DNA from: Promethearchaeota archaeon
Lineage (GTDB): Archaea; Asgardarchaeota; Lokiarchaeia; Sigyniarchaeales; SOKP01
Reading direction: 5' to 3'
Assembly (NCBI GenBank): GCA_048940445.1
Contig: JBHLON010000015.1
Location: forward strand, 1-64,000
Length of the DNA: 64,000 bases
Shown here: positions 59,760-64,000 of the stretch, piece by piece
How the letters are laid out: every line of letters starts with the position of its first letter
Numbering within the stretch: the first letter of the stretch is position 1
Position numbers and translations under genes: made by a program
Notes under the pieces: model-generated
Told to the model about the DNA's origin: nothing
The model's database searches: none
Seen by the model: the letters and a program-made list of their open reading frames with translations, nothing else

Positions 59760-60206
59760 TTACCATTTCCTTATATCAATAAGAGTTATTCCCTTTCTTG
59801 TTCTTTCCCTCTCTTCCTCTAAATGTTTTTCCAATCCGACTTCCTTTACTCTATTGTAATGATCTATTACAAATGGATATCTATCGCGATGATATGAAGT
59901 TTTTGAACATGAAAGAAATTCATTGCACAATAGACAACTTTTTAATTTTTTAGCTTTTTCACATTTAAGTACTTCACACCATGGATTTTTAATTTTTAGG
60001 CAAGTAGGACAACTATCTTTTGAAATCCATTGAAGTCCTTTATATAAATCATCAAAACTAAAATCAACAGAGTCTTTTGCCCAACTATAAGAACCTTCTA
60101 TAATTTTCAGAAGTTCTTTTGCTAAATTTGCAATTTTACCAGTTCCAGTTGGACACATTTCACAAAATACTCCACAAACTCCATAACAATATTCTTTATC
60201 TGACAT
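59760..60206 (-). CDS. DUF3795-like Cys-rich protein
   Basis: CGVFCEMCP, CPTC, C.VLKC, CLLCNEFLSC. Confidence 0.75.
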   Translation of the reverse strand: MSDKEYCYGVCGVFCEMCPTGTGKIANLAKELLKIIEGSYSWAKDSVDFSFDDLYKGLQWISKDSCPTCLKIKNPWCEVLKCEKAKKLKSCLLCNEFLSCSKTSYHRDRYPFVIDHYNRVKEVGLEKHLEEERERTRKGITLIDIRKW

Positions 60207-60269
60207 TATAATGAAGATTTAAGGTTAATTAATAGTTAAATTTTTTTCTTAAACATCATAATAGAAGGT

Positions 60270-61355
60270 ATGAATATCGTTTTTGTAGAAAATATTCAGA
60301 TTTACAAAAAACTTACTAATATTAAGACCGTTGGGGGCATTGAAACTAACACCAATGACATAATTAAGGAAATGCTGAAAAAAGGGCATTATGTGTGGAT
60401 TTTTAATAAACAAGAAAAACCACAATGGGCCGAAAATGGTCAAGTTGACATCATTGCAGCTTCTACATTTGATCCTATCACATATCTACAAGTAAAAAAG
60501 CTAAAAAAAAAGTATAACGCTAGTGTTGTTATGCATGCTCATACAACGGTTCAAGATTTAGCAGGTAATTTTTTACCAGATAAACCGATATTCAATCTAA
60601 TATTTAAGTATTGGCTTAAAATTTTATATGGAAATGCTCATCTTTTAATAACTCCTAGTGAATATTCAAAAAAATGTTTAATTGACATCCAAACTACCAT
60701 GACCTATCCTATTTATGTAGTAAGTAATGGAATTCGGTTAGAGTTTTTTAAAGAAGTAGAAAGCTATAGAGTAAATTTTAGAGAATTTTTAAATAAAAAG
60801 TATAAAATTCCTTTAGATGCAACAATTATTATCAATGTAGGTTTAAGTTGGAAAAAGAAAGGAGTAGATATGTTTGGGAGGATTGCTAAAGCATTTCCAG
60901 AGTACTACTTTGTATGGGTTGGACCTAAAAATAAGAATCCCGATATTGATGAAGCTTTAAAATTGAAAAATGTAATATTTACAGGATTTTATGAAGATAT
61001 TAGAGAAGCCTATTTTGGTGCAGATGTGTTTTTAAATACATCTCTAAATGAAAATCAAGGTATTCCATTAATAGAAGCAGCTATTTGTAGGTTACCAATC
61101 ATAGCCAGAGACATAGCCGCATTTGACTGGGTTAAGCATGACTATTCATGTTATAAGGCTAAGACATTGAATGATTATATTATAGGTATCAAAAAACTAG
61201 TCTCGGATAATGAATTCAGAACAAGAATTGTTGAAAATGCTTACAATAAAGCAGTGGAACTTCATGATTTTAATAAAATTGGAGATAAAGTTGAATATGT
61301 ATATAAAAAAGCTATAAAAGTCAAAAAGATATGGGAAGCTACAAGAAATAATTAA
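60270..61355 (+). CDS. Glycosyltransferase family 4 (GT-B)
   Basis: GGIET, HAHT, PSEYSK, VSNGI, KKG, ENQGIPLIEAA. Confidence 0.9.
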   Translation: MNIVFVENIQIYKKLTNIKTVGGIETNTNDIIKEMLKKGHYVWIFNKQEKPQWAENGQVDIIAASTFDPITYLQVKKLKKKYNASVVMHAHTTVQDLAGNFLPDKPIFNLIFKYWLKILYGNAHLLITPSEYSKKCLIDIQTTMTYPIYVVSNGIRLEFFKEVESYRVNFREFLNKKYKIPLDATIIINVGLSWKKKGVDMFGRIAKAFPEYYFVWVGPKNKNPDIDEALKLKNVIFTGFYEDIREAYFGADVFLNTSLNENQGIPLIEAAICRLPIIARDIAAFDWVKHDYSCYKAKTLNDYIIGIKKLVSDNEFRTRIVENAYNKAVELHDFNKIGDKVEYVYKKAIKVKKIWEATRNN

Positions 61356-61391
61356 AAATATATTCAATTATTCTTTAATTCAAATATTCGT

Positions 61392-62678
61392 GTGAATTTA
61401 AAAGGTATCCCTATCTTGAGTCTTGACGCTTATTTTCGCAGATTTTATACTTGGATTCAAAAATCATTTGCCTTTGCTTTATGGATTCAAATAGTTTTTA
61501 TCATAATATCATTAATTTTAACGTTTACTATTAATCGTAATACTAATGATTTTCTCGTTTTTTATAAATCTGCTGAAATATTTCTAAAAGATTTTGAAAA
61601 TTTGTATAATCCCTCGGTATATGGTTCAGCATGGGAATATAGATATTTACCTTTATCTCCGATTTTATTTATTCCTTTTTACTTAACTGGGTTTGGGTTT
61701 GGATTTATATTATTCACGCTTAGTAACTTTGCTTTGAATATAATAATCTGCTTCCTCCTATTTAGAATAATTAATATAATCAAACCCATAAATACGAAAA
61801 ATCGAAAATTTAAATTTATTTTTTATTTATCTTTGTATTTAATAGGTGTGCCGCAGTTAATGAATTACTTTTTAGGTCAGGTAAATTTATATATTACACT
61901 TTTAATCTTATTTTCACTTTACATTCTACTTAAGTATGATAATATAAAATGGGATTTTCTGGGAAGTCTAATTTTAGGAATAAGTGTTATATTAAAACCT
62001 ATTACAATATTTATGATTCCCTTTTTAATATTAATAAATATTAGCTTTAGGAGAAGACAATTCAATTTCTTTATCAAAAGAAATTTAGTGAGATTAATTG
62101 GGGCCATATTACCCCTTTTTTTTAATATAATTGTTTTCGTGATTTATCCAAAGTTATGGACTGGTTTTTTGGAAACTAATTTTACAGGATCTAACCCCAC
62201 AGATATAAATTTTTCATTTAGTTTAACAAAAATAATATTAAACTTCTTTATATTTTATAACTTAGGTTTTAACCAAATGTTAATATTCTTAATGATCCTA
62301 GGCTTTTTTGGTATAACAGGTTTCCTTGTCTATATTTTTCGAAAACCAAGTAAGAATGCCTTAGTATTTGGTTATACCTTTGGGATTTTAATTACATTTA
62401 TAAGTTATTTTGAAGTGTGGGAGCATCATCTAATAACTCTAATACCCTTCTTAATAATACTTTTATTTATTTTGCCTGATAATACTACTATTACTAGAAT
62501 CTTTATCAAGCCAAGCATTTATGTATACAATTTTCTAAATGTTGTGTTTCTAGGAATTTTTGTGCTCACCATAAACTTCTTTCCTTATAATTTCGTTGGA
62601 ACAATATTTCTAATATTGAATTTTTATGGTTTATGTAAATATTGCTTATCTAAAAGAAACAATACAAATAGAGAATGA
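61392..62678 (+). CDS. GT87/DUF2029 membrane glycosyltransferase (GT-C)
   Basis: NDFLVFY..A...LY...YRYLP, LGQVN, K.I, VWEHH; polytopic. Confidence 0.8.
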   Translation: MNLKGIPILSLDAYFRRFYTWIQKSFAFALWIQIVFIIISLILTFTINRNTNDFLVFYKSAEIFLKDFENLYNPSVYGSAWEYRYLPLSPILFIPFYLTGFGFGFILFTLSNFALNIIICFLLFRIINIIKPINTKNRKFKFIFYLSLYLIGVPQLMNYFLGQVNLYITLLILFSLYILLKYDNIKWDFLGSLILGISVILKPITIFMIPFLILINISFRRRQFNFFIKRNLVRLIGAILPLFFNIIVFVIYPKLWTGFLETNFTGSNPTDINFSFSLTKIILNFFIFYNLGFNQMLIFLMILGFFGITGFLVYIFRKPSKNALVFGYTFGILITFISYFEVWEHHLITLIPFLIILLFILPDNTTITRIFIKPSIYVYNFLNVVFLGIFVLTINFFPYNFVGTIFLILNFYGLCKYCLSKRNNTNRE

Positions 62679-62793
62679 CTCGAGATTCAGAAATCCAATG
62701 ATTTAGAATGGTTAAAATTAAATAATGTTGTTTCACAACCTAAATTGAATTATAATCTATAATGATTCCAATAAGTCAAGTAAGTTTGTAATT

Positions 62794-63504
62794 ATGGTAC
62801 AAGAATTTCTTATTATTTTTTTACCAGCATTCACCTTAGGAATTTTACATACAGCGATCCCATGTGAAGATAAAGCAATATTTTTCTTCTGGTCTTTTGG
62901 AATTGCTAAAAGTCCAAAAAGAAGTGTATTAATTTTGGCGCTTTATGGGATAGGTCTAATGTCTGCGAATATGCTTATTGCTGGTGGAACTATTTTGGCA
63001 AGTACTCTACCTAAACTTGTAATTCCAGGATTTATTCCAAACCCTTATGTTATAAACTTTTTTGGCGCCTTTACATCCATGTTTGCTGGTATCTTTCTTC
63101 TATTCTTTATAACTCGCCGTGATTACATGCCCCATTCCAAGTATGCAAAGAGTATAGTAAATCTAAATTGGGAAAGTATAAAAACACCTTATTTTTTTGG
63201 TGTTTTAGTAGGGTTTGCACCTTGTATTTTTGAATTAATAATATATTCCCAATGTATACAATTTACATTAGGATATGGGTTTATAGAAGGGTTTTTTGTA
63301 GTATTTTACTTCTCTTTTGGAACTTTTATTGGTCTATTTCCTCTTGCTTTAGCAAAGCATGGTACCTCACACATAGTAAAGCCAAAAGATAAGAGTAGAA
63401 AAAGAATTTTCTATATAATGATCTTGATTATTATTGTATTTAACACTGTAGTCATGATTTTATCTTTTTTACAAATTTCTGTTTTTCCAGTACAAAACCT
63501 ATAA
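62794..63504 (+). CDS. NicO/DsbD_2-like membrane protein (metal transport or thiol redox)
   Basis: LGILHTAIPCEDK, GVLVGFAPC, FSFGT; about 6 TM segments. Confidence 0.6.
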   Translation: MVQEFLIIFLPAFTLGILHTAIPCEDKAIFFFWSFGIAKSPKRSVLILALYGIGLMSANMLIAGGTILASTLPKLVIPGFIPNPYVINFFGAFTSMFAGIFLLFFITRRDYMPHSKYAKSIVNLNWESIKTPYFFGVLVGFAPCIFELIIYSQCIQFTLGYGFIEGFFVVFYFSFGTFIGLFPLALAKHGTSHIVKPKDKSRKRIFYIMILIIIVFNTVVMILSFLQISVFPVQNL

Positions 63505-63660
63505 ATAAACTGATAAAATCAATTCAGAGTAATCAAAAAGTTAAAAATTTATCCATAATTCAAAATCAACAGTTGGTCTATGTTAATAATTTATATTAGT
63601 ATTTTTATATATATTATAACCAAATTCACTATCTAAATTAGCAAGGATGAATTTAAAATA

Positions 63661-64000
63661 ATGAATTGTTTATTCTGTGATTCCAAAAAAATTGAATTTA
63701 CATGTGAAAGGTGCCGATCCAGTTTTTGCATCAACCATATGGCTACAACAGAAAATTGGATCTGTAAAAAACATGATCTTGTTTATTCAAAGGCGAGTGC
63801 AGTCGAAAAAAGTTTTAGATGTACGGTTGTTGAAAACAGTAGATGCCCAGAATGCGGTTCTTTATTAAGATTAGAAAGATTATCTTCTGGACAATATTAT
63901 TTAGAATGTATAAATCCTGAAGATGGATGGAATTCATATTTAAAAACTCCCGGCTTATTCTTCCCAACAAAAGAGCAATTAGCTAGAGAAGCAAGTAAAT
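63661..64000 (+). CDS. Multi-zinc-finger protein, 3'-truncated by the window edge (missing from the ORF track)
   Basis: Open frame from ATG 63661 to the end: MNCLFCDSKKIEFTCERCRSSFCINHMATTENWICKKH...RCPECGSLL...; no stop codon. Confidence 0.8.
   Translation, partial: MNCLFCDSKKIEFTCERCRSSFCINHMATTENWICKKHDLVYSKASAVEKSFRCTVVENSRCPECGSLLRLERLSSGQYYLECINPEDGWNSYLKTPGLFFPTKEQLAREASK

Noticed and set aside
1393-63868. Short ORFs antisense to, or out of frame within, long genes (e.g. 1393..1593, 2727..3032, 2860..3051, 8098..8322, 8927..9301, 20221..20484, 24903..25133, 26629..26859, 29259..29673, 42327..42515, 45782..46348, 47591..47812, 51802..52104, 53653..54266, 55207..55797, 57527..57769, 58672..59256, 60249..60443, 61919..62107, 63677..63868)
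   Set aside because: They overlap well-supported genes, carry no recognisable motifs and have the composition expected of shadow ORFs.
1-64000. CRISPR arrays, rRNA, tRNA, transposases
   Set aside because: I saw no regularly spaced repeats, no extended GC-rich structured RNA segments and no transposase motifs. A covariance-model scan would be needed to fully exclude small RNAs.

Overview
AT-rich archaeal chromosomal window, most likely from an Asgard archaeon (Lokiarchaeia-like). This is inferred from a divergent actin-related protein, an MglA-type GTPase, roadblock/LC7, DENN/longin-like and GIFT/IFT52-like proteins, found together with gyrAB, cofE, deoxyhypusine synthase, pdaD, asnS and gatAB. 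The standout region is 1-8.7 kb, a co-oriented cluster that runs off the left edge. It encodes two cobalamin-binding radical SAM enzymes, an NphB/CloQ-type (ABBA) soluble aromatic prenyltransferase, two SCP2 lipid-carrier proteins and two U32-family Fe-S proteins, followed by a decayed U32/SCP2 remnant. The prenyltransferase and both U32 proteins share one small helical DUF2621/PCP_red-like module, present in four copies. The gene set parallels the O2-independent UbiT/UbiU/UbiV logic and suggests an undescribed anaerobic pathway to a prenylated, methylated, hydroxylated aromatic (quinone-like) lipid. Next comes an operon with a divergent actin, a CHAT-domain protein lacking its catalytic residues and a PLD-fold protein lacking HKD. 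The rest is housekeeping, acyl-CoA metabolism, two orphan DNA methyltransferases, a free-standing LAGLIDADG ORF and membrane/glycosylation genes. I saw no rRNA, tRNA, CRISPR array or transposase. All calls come from motif recognition by eye; no database searches were run.
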